From positions 53 through 64,052 of IMG/VR virus record IMGVR_UViG_3300048086_000013: a stretch of DNA of 64,000 bases; one strand, 5' to 3'. Below the pieces are notes generated by a model. The model saw only the letters and a program-made list of their open reading frames with translations. It was not told the origin of the DNA and ran no database searches. This DNA comes from a virus (Duplodnaviria > Caudoviricetes). Both the position numbers and the translations under genes were made by a program. Position 1 is the stretch's first letter. Every line of letters starts with the position of its first letter. Shown piece after piece: positions 19,772-29,935 of this stretch.

Positions 19772-19772
19772 C

Positions 19773-20024
19773 ATGGCTCGCGACTACAAAAAGGAGTACC
19801 GCGAGTATCAAGGGACTGAGGCGCAGAAGCACAACCGTGCCGAGCGCAACCATGCTCGCCGCGTGATGGAACGCGAGGGCAAAGTCCATAAGGGCGATGG
19901 GAATGATGTGGATCACAAGCATCCGCTCATCACCGGTGGCTCGAACGAGCACGCCAACTGGCGCGTGCAAACCGCGCACAACAACCGAAACTTCAAGCGC
20001 GATTCGAAAGGGCGCCCTATCTAA
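19773..20024 (+). CDS. Small HNH endonuclease-like protein
   Basis: DVDHKHPLITGGSN..NWRV..AHNNR motif; GGAGG RBS. Confidence 0.75.
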   Translation: MARDYKKEYREYQGTEAQKHNRAERNHARRVMEREGKVHKGDGNDVDHKHPLITGGSNEHANWRVQTAHNNRNFKRDSKGRPI

Positions 20025-22980
20025 TCGGCGCTGGCGCAGTCACCACTGGGGTGTCTGTTAGTTCCACGGGGACCGGGCCAACAGGGTCCCCGACCTTTAT
20101 ATCTTCGGCCTTCAGGCCAAACTTCCCGAGATTGAATTCGTAGATGCGCTGCGGTGGCAGCTCCCATTTCGTGCCGATGCCGAGGCACGCCTTCATCTCA
20201 TGCGCGCCGAGATCGTCGCGGAACTTCTTCAGGATGTTGTAGACGGGCAGCTCGCGGAAAGTCAGCCAGCGTTCGAGGTCTTGGCGGGCCACGCGTAGAA
20301 GGTTCTCGCTGCGGCTCACGTGGTACACGATCTTGTCGCTGCGGGGAATGCCGCCCGAGATGTCGGGCAGGTAGGTCTTGGTGTTCGCACGCGGTGCCGG
20401 GAACCGCTCGACGACGAGAGCCTTGTCCTGATACGCACCCATGAACGCGGCGAGAATTTCAGTCGGCTGTGATAGTGACATCGCGTCTACACTGCGGCCC
20501 CGCAGCCGGTAGATATTCGCTAACAAGAACCTTGCAAGATGGCGTACGTCCAGCTTTACGAGATCCAGTTCCCCGGCCAGCTCAGCGCCTACTAACAAGA
20601 TCGCTACGATGGCGAACCAGAAGCGTTCCTGTGCCTCCATGTTGCCAGCGAGCGCGAGCGACTTGAAACGCTTCTGTACGCGCTCCTCGACTTCCTTCGG
20701 ATGGGTTGCTAGGTACTGCGCGTAGATACGCCCCGCGTGCCCGTAGTTACCAGTCAGCGAATCGAACATCATCGAAAGCTCGGCCTTGTTCTGCTGCCAG
20801 ACGAAGGGCTCGATCACGATCTCGTACGTGCGGACGATACCGGCGTCGCTGCCACCGCCATGACGCGCCATTGCTTCGAAGATAGATTCGTTCGACGCGA
20901 CGACGAGCATCGTCTCCCAAGTCGAAACTTCCCGGAGCTGGGCGGATGAATCCAGCCGCGTCTTCTCCTTGCCTTGTGTGATCTGAAAAGCAAGCGTTAA
21001 GAAGTCGTCCACCGTCTTCCGTCCGCGCAATTCGTCCCAGTAGGCGGGCAGGTTGTTCAAAAAGCCAAGCTTTCTTGCAACGGATTTCGGCGTATCGTCC
21101 ACGGCATTCACAGCATCCTTCGGGCTCCCCCACACGGCCTGCGAACACTTGAGCGCAGAAGATTTCCCCACACCCGATGCAGTGCTGACAATGGATAGAA
21201 TACCCCCCGAGAGGCCCGTGAAACGCAACAACGGCGTACCGAAAGCCGCTGCCACAATCGCAGTGAAAGCAGCTTTGTTTTGTGTCGCGAGGAAAGTAGC
21301 CACCTTCTTCCATGCTTCGAGCCCTCCCTTCGGCTCATAGAACTTTGCTAGGGGACCGAAGTCGCGCGCCGCCTTCACGTCGTTGCGCACGCGGCCATCA
21401 ACGTAGAATGTCGACTGGCCGCATGCGAAGCCTACGAGATGCTCGCCATCAGGTTGTTTGTCGACCAACCAGCCGAGCTGTTCGGTGACATCAGCGACGC
21501 GACGCGCTGCCTGTAATTTCCCTAACCATGTTGCCATGAGTTCATTGAAGGCTTTCGCCTCCTTCTCCTTGAGCACGAACCCGTAGTCCGCGAGCGTTTC
21601 GTTGAGTTTGCGTGAATTACCCAGCGCCGATCCCGGCAGGTTGATAGACCATGACTTGGAGCCTTCCAGCTCAACATCAAAAGAAAGGTCGTACCGCTGC
21701 GTCACGATAGATCGCGTTGCGCGCAAGTTGGTCGGCACGTGCCGCAGCAGCTTGATCCATTCCTTGGAGTTGTTGGCTGCGTCGATCATCAGCCGCTCGA
21801 TCCCTTTTCTGTCGGGCGCGATCCTCCATCCATTCGGCAGCCCGTCGATAGATGGTGTAGCGTCCTCGTGCCCTAACTGTATCGGGGTCTTCACGAACCC
21901 ACGGTGGGGGCACTTCGAGCAGATTGACGGCTCGTACATCTCGAACGTGGAGCACAACGATGGGCCAGCCGAGTTTGCTAGGCGATACTGCCATTTTTTC
22001 TCCGTCTCACCCGCCGTGTATTCGGGATGTTGGTCGCTAACAGGATGCGCCCACATCGGGCCATCCTCACAATGTTTCAGTAGTTGGAGCGTCGCGGTCC
22101 AGAGGGGTTCATCTGCCGCCTTGCCGTGCGTCTCGGCCATCATCCGCGAGACGCCGCAGTGCTTGATGATTGTTTCAAAGCGCGCGGGCACTTCGTTGCG
22201 CGGCGGGCTGAGTCCACCGGTCAGCTCGTTGTACTGACTTACATCAACCGTGCTGGAAACGTAGTTGGTACGGGCCTTGCCGATCCATGGCAGCAGCCAT
22301 GCCTCGACTTCATCGACCGGATACACTTTGCCATTCGTGTATATAACCTGCACGGCCTTCGGGTTCGCAGGGTCTTTCCAATTCGATGTGTCTATCGGCC
22401 GCAATACCGAACACGCGTCAGCAGTTCGCGGCGGATCGATGTCGAGCTTGTGTTCCATCGCTGCCGTCTTCAACGCTTCAGCAAGCGGTTGCCAACGGTC
22501 TAAAGGAACTGGAGCATCGAAAGGCCAATAAGCGTGAAGACCGTTCCCAGTACCAACCAGCAAGCTCGGCGCAGGAATACCCGTTGCCTGTGAGAAGACC
22601 TTGAGAGCGATGGCCGCTGTTTTCGCGTCCGGGTAGATTGGCGGCGCACCTTTTTTCCCCTTGAAGTCGATGTCGAGCCAGAGTGCCTTGAGGCTGTCCA
22701 CGTTCGTGCGAACGCGGAGCTGCTTCTTGGTTTTGCCCTTCGCATCAGGAGGGCTGACGTGAAACCCCTGCTTGAACGATGCAAGGGCGAAGTACGTGTT
22801 GAGCTTCTCGCTGTCCATCCGGCGCAGCGTGGCTTCGAAGTCGGTGTGCAGCCTTGAGGCGGCGTGCTGGAACGTCTTGTATTCGCCACCGTCAGCGTTC
22901 GTACGGGTGACGAGCTTGCCAGCCACGAGCATACCGGGCGGCACGAGCAGCTCAAGGAATTCGAGTAGCGTCAAAATCAT
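20017..22980 (-). CDS. Primase-helicase (RepB/AEP-type primase, PriCT-like, DUF927-type P-loop ATPase)
   Basis: 987 aa; WLDIDF and GTGNGLHAYW primase motifs, C..F...C..CPH cluster, SGVGKS Walker A. Confidence 0.8.
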   Translation of the reverse strand: MILTLLEFLELLVPPGMLVAGKLVTRTNADGGEYKTFQHAASRLHTDFEATLRRMDSEKLNTYFALASFKQGFHVSPPDAKGKTKKQLRVRTNVDSLKALWLDIDFKGKKGAPPIYPDAKTAAIALKVFSQATGIPAPSLLVGTGNGLHAYWPFDAPVPLDRWQPLAEALKTAAMEHKLDIDPPRTADACSVLRPIDTSNWKDPANPKAVQVIYTNGKVYPVDEVEAWLLPWIGKARTNYVSSTVDVSQYNELTGGLSPPRNEVPARFETIIKHCGVSRMMAETHGKAADEPLWTATLQLLKHCEDGPMWAHPVSDQHPEYTAGETEKKWQYRLANSAGPSLCSTFEMYEPSICSKCPHRGFVKTPIQLGHEDATPSIDGLPNGWRIAPDRKGIERLMIDAANNSKEWIKLLRHVPTNLRATRSIVTQRYDLSFDVELEGSKSWSINLPGSALGNSRKLNETLADYGFVLKEKEAKAFNELMATWLGKLQAARRVADVTEQLGWLVDKQPDGEHLVGFACGQSTFYVDGRVRNDVKAARDFGPLAKFYEPKGGLEAWKKVATFLATQNKAAFTAIVAAAFGTPLLRFTGLSGGILSIVSTASGVGKSSALKCSQAVWGSPKDAVNAVDDTPKSVARKLGFLNNLPAYWDELRGRKTVDDFLTLAFQITQGKEKTRLDSSAQLREVSTWETMLVVASNESIFEAMARHGGGSDAGIVRTYEIVIEPFVWQQNKAELSMMFDSLTGNYGHAGRIYAQYLATHPKEVEERVQKRFKSLALAGNMEAQERFWFAIVAILLVGAELAGELDLVKLDVRHLARFLLANIYRLRGRSVDAMSLSQPTEILAAFMGAYQDKALVVERFPAPRANTKTYLPDISGGIPRSDKIVYHVSRSENLLRVARQDLERWLTFRELPVYNILKKFRDDLGAHEMKACLGIGTKWELPPQRIYEFNLGKFGLKAEDIKVGDPVGPVPVELTDTPVVTAPAPIR

Positions 22981-23081
22981 CCCCCGAAAAAGCGCGCCGC
23001 CTGCCGGAAGTACAACCCGATGGCTAGTCGGGCACCCTGAGCAACAACAGGGTCCAGCAGACGGCGCAGCAGCCTGTCAGC

Positions 23082-24209
23082 TCAACTGTTCAGGATCGAG
23101 TCGAGCAAGTTCTCGAAGCCATCCGGGGCGCCCTTGGCGAGCGCGGCGGTATTGGCTTCGGGCTCGGCACCCTCCTCTTCCTCGACCACAGCAGGGGGAG
23201 CCGCAGCCGGGGGCGGGGCAGCGGGCTTGGGTTTGGCGGGCTTCTTGGCCGCAGGGGGAGTCGCAGGAGCGGCGGCAGCCGGAGGCGGGCTGGCAGCTCC
23301 GTTGCCAAGGACGGCAGCCAGACCGGCTTCCTCCTCGGTTGCAGCACGCATCTTGGGCGGTTTGTTCGCGACCGGTGCGGTAGTGGCAGCAGGAGCAGCG
23401 GTGGGGGTACCGCCCGCGACCGTGGCCGGAGCCGGGTCTTCCGCTGGGCCATCGCCAGCCGCACCGGCCGGGAACTCGTTCGCTTCGGCCAGAATGCGGC
23501 GCGCGTCTTCGCTGTCGCGGAGCGTCTCGACCGCCGTGGCCTCGGCATCGTTCACGAAGCGCTTCGGCTTCAGAGTGAACTGGGGATGGGCCACCGCGAC
23601 TTCGAAGCCGATGGTGGTGACGACGCCAAAGAACGGGATGCCCTTCGGGGCCAGCACCTTCTCGGCGTAATCCTTGACGGGGTTGAGCGATGCAGCGGGC
23701 ACGCGCAGCAGATGCAGCGCGGCGTCGGCGCCTTTCTCGGCCAGCTCATCGGCCGATACCACGGCCATGCGGCGGGCATCCGCGCAAGCCTTGGTCTTCT
23801 TCTGGTTCTCGGTGATCTTGCTGCCCCACACGTTGTTAGGGCACGCGGCGCAGGACTTCGAGATCGGATTCTGCACCGACTTATCGGGCGTGACGCCATC
23901 GTTTGAGAAGCAGCGGGGCGCCTCGTTGGTGCCCTCAGCGTATGCCTTCTCGTAGAAAATCTTGGACGGCAGCGGGTTCGAGCGCACGATCACGACATCG
24001 ATGCTCGGCACGGCATTGCCGTTGGCGTCGGTGAAGTACTCGGTCTCGCCCCCCTTGCGGACGGCCCACGTTTTGCCTTTGTACGAGATGATTGGGAAGC
24101 CGCTGGTGACGCCTCCCGACAGCTCGGACGCTGCTTCCTTCGCAGCAACCAGCGCCAGTCGCTGAAGATGCGCTGGCAGGGATGGGTTCACTTTGATCAA
24201 TGCGGTCAT
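23082..24209 (-). CDS. Putative ssDNA-binding/recombination protein with a Pro/Ala-rich linker and acidic tail
   Basis: PRCFSNDG..PD, C..CP.N.WGS, GKAC-like motif; acidic C-terminus; replication operon; start placed at ATG 24209. Confidence 0.6.
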   Translation of the reverse strand: MTALIKVNPSLPAHLQRLALVAAKEAASELSGGVTSGFPIISYKGKTWAVRKGGETEYFTDANGNAVPSIDVVIVRSNPLPSKIFYEKAYAEGTNEAPRCFSNDGVTPDKSVQNPISKSCAACPNNVWGSKITENQKKTKACADARRMAVVSADELAEKGADAALHLLRVPAASLNPVKDYAEKVLAPKGIPFFGVVTTIGFEVAVAHPQFTLKPKRFVNDAEATAVETLRDSEDARRILAEANEFPAGAAGDGPAEDPAPATVAGGTPTAAPAATTAPVANKPPKMRAATEEEAGLAAVLGNGAASPPPAAAAPATPPAAKKPAKPKPAAPPPAAAPPAVVEEEEGAEPEANTAALAKGAPDGFENLLDSILNS

Positions 24210-24213
24210 GTCT

Positions 24214-24609
24214 CTAGCTCCTACGAATGCCAACGGTTTGTAATTGCGTGACCTTCAGACCGGGCGGCACAGTCTGGGTCTTCTCCATCATCTCTTTCAC
24301 GAACGTTTTGTTCGCTTTGATATCCATCGCTTCCCACATATCGTTTTCCTCGCAGTAGGTCTTAAAGACCTCGCGGTTCTCGACGGTGGCGGAAAGCTGA
24401 GTGTTCTTGTACACCGTGCCAGCGTCGCTGGCGAGTGAGTTCACGCCCATCTTGTTCAGCTCGTCTAACAATTCGGCTTCGAGTTTATCCATCGCGTCAT
24501 TGGTGCGTTGGAGTGATTTCTTGAATTCATCTTCGGCGGACTTTTTGAAGTCGCGAAGTTTGATATACGCCGACACTTTTTGAGCGGCGGTCATTGCTGT
24601 AGCGGCCAT
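24214..24609 (-). CDS. Conserved phage replication-module hypothetical protein
   Basis: YIKLRD..K..coiled coil..GTVY...W..F..Y..E.D pattern; start placed at ATG 24609. Confidence 0.65.
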   Translation of the reverse strand: MAATAMTAAQKVSAYIKLRDFKKSAEDEFKKSLQRTNDAMDKLEAELLDELNKMGVNSLASDAGTVYKNTQLSATVENREVFKTYCEENDMWEAMDIKANKTFVKEMMEKTQTVPPGLKVTQLQTVGIRRS

Positions 24610-24617
24610 GGATGCTC

Positions 24618-26159
24618 CTACTGAAACATCTCCAACAGTGCACCTTGTAACGATGCTTTCTGTTGGAGGCGTCGGTAAAGTTTGGTCTCGACTGGGGTTC
24701 CAGTCAAGTGAACGATCAACGATTTTCGAGTTTGTCCGGGACGAGTGATTCGAGCACACGCTTGCTGGTAAGTCTCCAAACTCGTAGTGGGAGTAAACCA
24801 GACAATGACGTTTGCAGCGGTGAGTGTGAGACCGTGTGCCATGCACTTCGGATGGGCTACCAACACGCGTGGCAACGGCGAATTCTGGAAGGCGTTGAAG
24901 ATGTGGTTCCGCTGCTTGGCGGGTACGTCACCTGTGACCATCGAGCAGGGAATCTTCAGGTTGTTCAGAATCGCGTAGAGTTCATTGGCTGCGTGGATGA
25001 AGTCCACGAACACGATCACCTTGCCTTCGGCTTCGTTCAATACCTCAATCAGTTGGTCAACCCGGTCTTGGTTGCCAAGCGTGACGACTTTTCGATCCTG
25101 CGTGTAGACCCACCCCGAAGCGATCTGCAAGAGCTTGCTGAACAACACGCCTTCGTTGGCAGCGGTGACCGTGCCTTCCTGAAAGCCCAGCTTGAGTTTG
25201 CGGATCAGCTCTTTGTAGACGCGATCCTGTTCGGGGCTCAGCGCCACCTTGCGATCCTGATAAACCGTGTCAGGAAGCTCCACGCAGTCATCGCGCGTAT
25301 ACCGCACCGATGGCTGCATCGTCTCATGAACGATGTCGTTCGCCTCGGGCCTCGCAATCCATTTGAACTGCGAGACTTGGTGCATCACGGTTCGTTTGAA
25401 CTGCTTGAAGTACTTTGGGACGTTGTTAGGCAGGAGCAGCTTGACTTGTCCGTAGGCATCGGCGGGCTCGTTAGGAGTTGGAGAACCTGTGAGACCCCAA
25501 ACGAAAGCCCGCCCAGCAACAAGAGTGGCCAGTGATTTCCAACGATCTGTTCGGGCGTTCCGGAAGGACGCAAGCTCGTCCACAACAACAGCGTCAATAT
25601 CACCCCTAGCAAGAAGCTCAGGGAGAATAGTTTCAACGCCGTCATGATTAATGATGTAGATGTCGCGCTTTTCATTGAGCACCTTGAGCCTTGCTGCCTT
25701 CGAGCCGTGCAGGATGCCAGTGGATAGATGATTGAAGTACTGAAAAATCTCGCGGTCCCACACGTTGACCAGCGTCGACAGCGGCGCGACCACGAGGGTG
25801 CGCCGGACGAGTTTCTCGTACATGAGGAAGTTGATCGCGTGCAGCGTCGCACGGGTTTTCCCGGTGCCCATCTGTGAGAGCACGAACGCTCGACCATTCA
25901 TGGTCAGCATCGCCGCCGTGGTCATCTGCGTGCGAAACGGCGAGTCCTTGTTCCAGTCGTATTGCGTAAGAATGGGTGCTGGGGTCGAGTACCCCATGTT
26001 GCGCGCGAGCCGGGTTGTATCAATTGTGTGAGGAATGAGCAGCATCTGGCCATGCTGCGGGACGGTGATAGTCTTCGCAGCAGGCAGGAGGTTCGCAATC
26101 GCCTTGTCGTAGGGGATCGCGAAACTTTTATGTCGAGCACTTACGATTGCTTGAGCCAT
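24618..26159 (-). CDS. SNF2-like superfamily 2 helicase
   Basis: QMGTGKT (I), VVVDE (II), LTGSP (III), HGLTLT and QACARITRPGQ (V/VI). Confidence 0.9.
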   Translation of the reverse strand: MAQAIVSARHKSFAIPYDKAIANLLPAAKTITVPQHGQMLLIPHTIDTTRLARNMGYSTPAPILTQYDWNKDSPFRTQMTTAAMLTMNGRAFVLSQMGTGKTRATLHAINFLMYEKLVRRTLVVAPLSTLVNVWDREIFQYFNHLSTGILHGSKAARLKVLNEKRDIYIINHDGVETILPELLARGDIDAVVVDELASFRNARTDRWKSLATLVAGRAFVWGLTGSPTPNEPADAYGQVKLLLPNNVPKYFKQFKRTVMHQVSQFKWIARPEANDIVHETMQPSVRYTRDDCVELPDTVYQDRKVALSPEQDRVYKELIRKLKLGFQEGTVTAANEGVLFSKLLQIASGWVYTQDRKVVTLGNQDRVDQLIEVLNEAEGKVIVFVDFIHAANELYAILNNLKIPCSMVTGDVPAKQRNHIFNAFQNSPLPRVLVAHPKCMAHGLTLTAANVIVWFTPTTSLETYQQACARITRPGQTRKSLIVHLTGTPVETKLYRRLQQKASLQGALLEMFQ

Positions 26160-26452
26160 AACTCCAGCTCTAACATCCCGGACCAAGTGTCCGGATCGTT
26201 CTCAACCGATTCGCCAATCACGAAAATCTTGCCGCCAGCAGCGACGATCCGGTCGATCCGATATTGCTGACGCGGCGTGGGATGCTGCCCCGGTGCCTTC
26301 GTTTCGATCTCGAAGTAGCGCCCCTTGCTGTGCCCAACACAGTCTAACAATGACTCGCCATAGCCGCTGGGAACCGGCCACGTGTGGAATGCTTCGTACT
26401 TATCTAACAAAGCCTTCACGTGCCTTTTGACAAGAGATTCAGGAGTTGCCAT
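26141..26452 (-). CDS. VRR-NUC domain nuclease
   Basis: E..VK..V...LD...G.YFEIETKAPG..PT.RQ PD-(D/E)xK pattern. Confidence 0.8.
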   Translation of the reverse strand: MATPESLVKRHVKALLDKYEAFHTWPVPSGYGESLLDCVGHSKGRYFEIETKAPGQHPTPRQQYRIDRIVAAGGKIFVIGESVENDPDTWSGMLELELWLKQS

Positions 26453-26745
26453 TCGGGTAGCTCTACAGAAAAGAAAGCGTCTTCGGCGAACTGTTCAACA
26501 TGTGCGGCAAACACTTCTCGTTGTGCGGGGACCGGGTGGTCTTCGTCGAACAGCCAGTCAATAGCTTTATGGATGACATACCGCTTACTCGTGAATTTTG
26601 CGCGAGCCCTGAACGCCATACGTTCGATGCTGTACTCGACATCGACTTTGACCTCGACCTCCATACCCCATTCAGCAAGTAGCTCACAGAAACATTCACG
26701 GAATAAGGCTGCGAGTTCATCAGGGCTAACGCGTCGGGAGGTCAT
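26416..26745 (-). CDS. Hypothetical protein
   Basis: 109 aa ORF co-oriented and coupled in the operon. Confidence 0.5.
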   Translation of the reverse strand: MTSRRVSPDELAALFRECFCELLAEWGMEVEVKVDVEYSIERMAFRARAKFTSKRYVIHKAIDWLFDEDHPVPAQREVFAAHVEQFAEDAFFSVELPEWQLLNLLSKGT

Positions 26746-27175
26746 AGAGCATTGCGCATCGCGCCGTGAACAGGTCGGTCTTCGACTCCGCTTCGCTGGC
26801 CTCGGCTTGATGTCCGTTCTTGAAGATCACAATCACCAGCTTCTCTGCCTTGGCGGGATCGTAGCCGAGTTTCACTTCTTTAATTGCATTGGGAAACAAC
26901 TTGTCGAGCCGCGCATGGTGCATCTGCGAGACCAGCGAGAGCTGCTTCTTCATGTGCACGGACAAAGTAGATTGGAGCTTTTCGTCTGACATGTCGTACT
27001 CGACCTCGCTAGACGTGACGGCCATCCTGCCTCGCCAAATGATTTCCTTGTTGAACTCCACGTTCACTTCCAGTCGCGGCCCACGGATGTCCGCTGTGAT
27101 GTCCATGTAATCCATCATGCGCATCGCGTCGTCGCCTTCCGAGACGGCGATCTCGCGGAGCTGCGCCCACGCCAT
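26726..27175 (-). CDS. Hypothetical protein
   Basis: ORF starting at ATG 27175, just after the exonuclease stop. Confidence 0.55.
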   Translation of the reverse strand: MAWAQLREIAVSEGDDAMRMMDYMDITADIRGPRLEVNVEFNKEIIWRGRMAVTSSEVEYDMSDEKLQSTLSVHMKKQLSLVSQMHHARLDKLFPNAIKEVKLGYDPAKAEKLVIVIFKNGHQAEASEAESKTDLFTARCAMLYDLPTR

Positions 27176-27180
27176 CTGTA

Positions 27181-27846
27181 CTACTCGACTGATCGATCTA
27201 CGTAATGCGGGCATGTCTTCACCGGGCACCAGCCACAGAGGCCGTTTTGTTTGGCGGGGAACTCGGTCGTCTTGCGAGCCTCTTCGATCTTCGCCACACG
27301 TGGCAGCAACCCGTTCCAGACCGGAACGAACTGCGCGGGAGTGTAGTTCTTCGGCGTGATGTCCTTGGCTTGCAGCCAAACAAACATCGTCTTGAACAGC
27401 GTGACCTCTGGCATCCAGCGGGCTAGCACAGCAGCCGTCAGCGCCATCTGTGTTGGGTCGTCCTTGATCTTGCCGGTCTTCCAGTCGATGACAATGGCCG
27501 TCTTGCTCTGGATGATTGCTAGGTCGATCACTACGCGGACGAACACCTTCGGGTCGAAGTAGTCGCAGGGCTCGTAGTGGCGCGTGAGCGCGAGCTTCAT
27601 CTCGCCGTGCTTGTCACCGGGGATTGCCGCGAACTTACTGGCCATCGGCTCAAGATGTCTCAGCGGCAGGTCGAACGGCTTGCCGTCGATCACGCGCTTC
27701 TTCATCGCGTCGTGAATGATCTTGCCATCGGCCGAGAAAGAGCTGTCCGCGTCCTTGATGTCCTTGGCCACGTACAAATGGAAATACTTCTTGGGGCACA
27801 ACTCGTAGGTTGTTAGAGCCGAGTAGCTCCACGTGAACGGCTTCAT
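27181..27846 (-). CDS. PD-(D/E)xK exonuclease (RecB/Cas4-like)
   Basis: WSYS.L..YE.CP, G..IH, VIDL..IDWKTGK, Q..L, C.WCP..CPH. Confidence 0.85.
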   Translation of the reverse strand: MKPFTWSYSALTTYELCPKKYFHLYVAKDIKDADSSFSADGKIIHDAMKKRVIDGKPFDLPLRHLEPMASKFAAIPGDKHGEMKLALTRHYEPCDYFDPKVFVRVVIDLAIIQSKTAIVIDWKTGKIKDDPTQMALTAAVLARWMPEVTLFKTMFVWLQAKDITPKNYTPAQFVPVWNGLLPRVAKIEEARKTTEFPAKQNGLCGWCPVKTCPHYVDRSVE

Positions 27847-28091
27847 CAATGCTTCTTCGCAAGCAATGACGCAGCGGCGGACAGGTCGATGCGCGGGGCG
27901 TCCGAGATACCGGAGCCCTCGAACTGCGCCTTCATCTTCTCGTTGGTATCGCCGACGAAGATGATGCAGCCCGCGCCTTGCAGGCCGATGTCGTCGAGTT
28001 TGATCTGTAGTGGGTGGCCCGTCTTCAGGTGCTCCAACTCGCTCGGTGTGAGCCCGAAGACTAACAACTTGCCACGTTTGATTTTCAGCAT
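27846..28091 (-). CDS. Hypothetical protein
   Basis: 81 aa, stop/start coupled on both sides. Confidence 0.6.
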   Translation of the reverse strand: MLKIKRGKLLVFGLTPSELEHLKTGHPLQIKLDDIGLQGAGCIIFVGDTNEKMKAQFEGSGISDAPRIDLSAAASLLAKKH

Positions 28092-29935
28092 TACTTGCAG
28101 TCTCCGAGAGTCGGGCCGTAATTGATCTCAACCTTCACCGGCAAATCAGGAGCCCACGCAGGTGGTACCTGCATGAGCTTCGTGATCACTGCCTTGACCT
28201 TTTCAGCGTATTGCTCGTGGACAACGTAGTCAAGCTCGTCATGCTGTTGCAGCGCCGGAGAAATACCAATCGTGTGTTTGATTGTCAGCATGTATTCCAT
28301 GACCAAGTTACGAGCCAACGCCTGTACAACGTTCTCCGTGACTTTCCCTCCCCAAAGAGTGCGCACTTCGCCAGCGAAGTTGTACACCCAACCCGAATAC
28401 TTCTCGGTCTGAATCTGGCGGAGGTTGTTGTATACCAGCGCCATCCCGTTGGGCAGGATGATAGTTTCGTGCATCATGCTAACAGGGCCGACGTTGCACT
28501 TTCCCAGCCCAGCCATGATGCCGATGTTGTTGTCGAACGTACGCCACAGCAGTGGGATACGACGGTACTTCTCGCGATAAATCTGCACGAACTTCATGCA
28601 CTCGGGGATTTCCAGCGACACACCGTCTTTGCGCAGCGTGGCGCGAAGTCGCGTATCACCCATTCCAAAACCAAGCCCCAAGATACAGGTCTTGCCGACG
28701 AACCTGCGCTTCTTGTCAGCGGGCGTACGATCTTTCACCGTGTCGATGCCGAACGCGGTGGTCGCGAAGTCGGCGTAAATATCCTCGTCGTTCCTGAATC
28801 CTGTTAGGAGGTTCTGTTGTCCCGCCAGCCAAGCGGTAATGCGGGCCTCGATCTGCGCAAGATCGGCAGCCAGCACGACGTACCCCTTCGGCGCACGCAC
28901 TGCGAAGCGCATCTTCGATTTGTCGATGCGTGGAAAATTCTGGACATTGATGCCCTCCATGCCGCCGTATCGGCCGGTGTGGGCTGCGTAGTAGCGCAGC
29001 GGTACTCGAAACTTTTTGAAGCGGCGGGCGTTCTCGATGAGTCTGTTAGTACGAGACTCCTCCAACGTGCTCTTAGCGCCGATGCGAGCCTTGAGAAGTA
29101 CGCTAACAATCGGGTCATCCTCCCACTCTTCCTCAAGCTCCTTCCATGCGGTGTCCGTCTTGGCGAACGCATATGCAATCGCTCCGGTGGTCGGGGAAAT
29201 CTTGGTGGGTGGATCAACGCCATAGCGCACCAGCACGTCGGCGAACTTCGGGTTCGACATCAAGTCGGGAAGCTGCACGTCCGATGGCAGTGATGCGAGA
29301 GTCTGAGCTTGCTTGGCCAGCACGTTTTGCAAATGCTCGGCTAACAACGTCGGGTCCAGCTCCAGCACTGGTTGCAGGTACATCCGCAAAGTGATGTCGA
29401 TGATCTCCAGCTCGGTGCGTGGGAACTGGGGCGCGAGGAACTTGAACAGTCGGAACTCGCCTTCGCAATCGTCCATGCAGTACTTGCCGTACTCGTTCAT
29501 CTCGTATGCGCTCAGCGAGTCGCGCGTGCGCCCTTTCATGGTATGAACAGCGGTGCCTTTCTTGATCCCAAGGTCGAGATGTTTGAGGCACGAGTCCAGA
29601 GAGATGGAACGGTTGAACGGCTTGAGCTGGGCCTGTGCCAGACACAACGTGTCGGTGTACATCTTCGGGTAGATGCCGAAATGGATCGCGAGGATCAGCG
29701 CATCGAACATCGTGTTGTGGCAGCACAGCATGCACTCTTCGAGTTTGAGTGACCGGAGGAATTCTCCGATCTGTGCCTTCGTGCCGGTGAACCACTTCGG
29801 TGGCTCATCGTTGATCTTGACGCCTACCAACATGACTTCGAAACGAGGATCGCGGACGTACTCCTCGGTCGACATCTTTGTTAGGGTGTAGTCGTCCGCG
29901 TAATACGTCTCGAAGTCGACGACGACGAAACGCAT
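28091..29935 (-). CDS. polA: Family A DNA polymerase with 3'-5' exonuclease
   Basis: DFETY (Exo I), HNTMFD (Exo II), YCMDD (Exo III), DLAQIEAR (motif A), RFVGKTCILGLGFG (motif B), QHDEL (motif C). Confidence 0.92.
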   Translation of the reverse strand: MRFVVVDFETYYADDYTLTKMSTEEYVRDPRFEVMLVGVKINDEPPKWFTGTKAQIGEFLRSLKLEECMLCCHNTMFDALILAIHFGIYPKMYTDTLCLAQAQLKPFNRSISLDSCLKHLDLGIKKGTAVHTMKGRTRDSLSAYEMNEYGKYCMDDCEGEFRLFKFLAPQFPRTELEIIDITLRMYLQPVLELDPTLLAEHLQNVLAKQAQTLASLPSDVQLPDLMSNPKFADVLVRYGVDPPTKISPTTGAIAYAFAKTDTAWKELEEEWEDDPIVSVLLKARIGAKSTLEESRTNRLIENARRFKKFRVPLRYYAAHTGRYGGMEGINVQNFPRIDKSKMRFAVRAPKGYVVLAADLAQIEARITAWLAGQQNLLTGFRNDEDIYADFATTAFGIDTVKDRTPADKKRRFVGKTCILGLGFGMGDTRLRATLRKDGVSLEIPECMKFVQIYREKYRRIPLLWRTFDNNIGIMAGLGKCNVGPVSMMHETIILPNGMALVYNNLRQIQTEKYSGWVYNFAGEVRTLWGGKVTENVVQALARNLVMEYMLTIKHTIGISPALQQHDELDYVVHEQYAEKVKAVITKLMQVPPAWAPDLPVKVEINYGPTLGDCK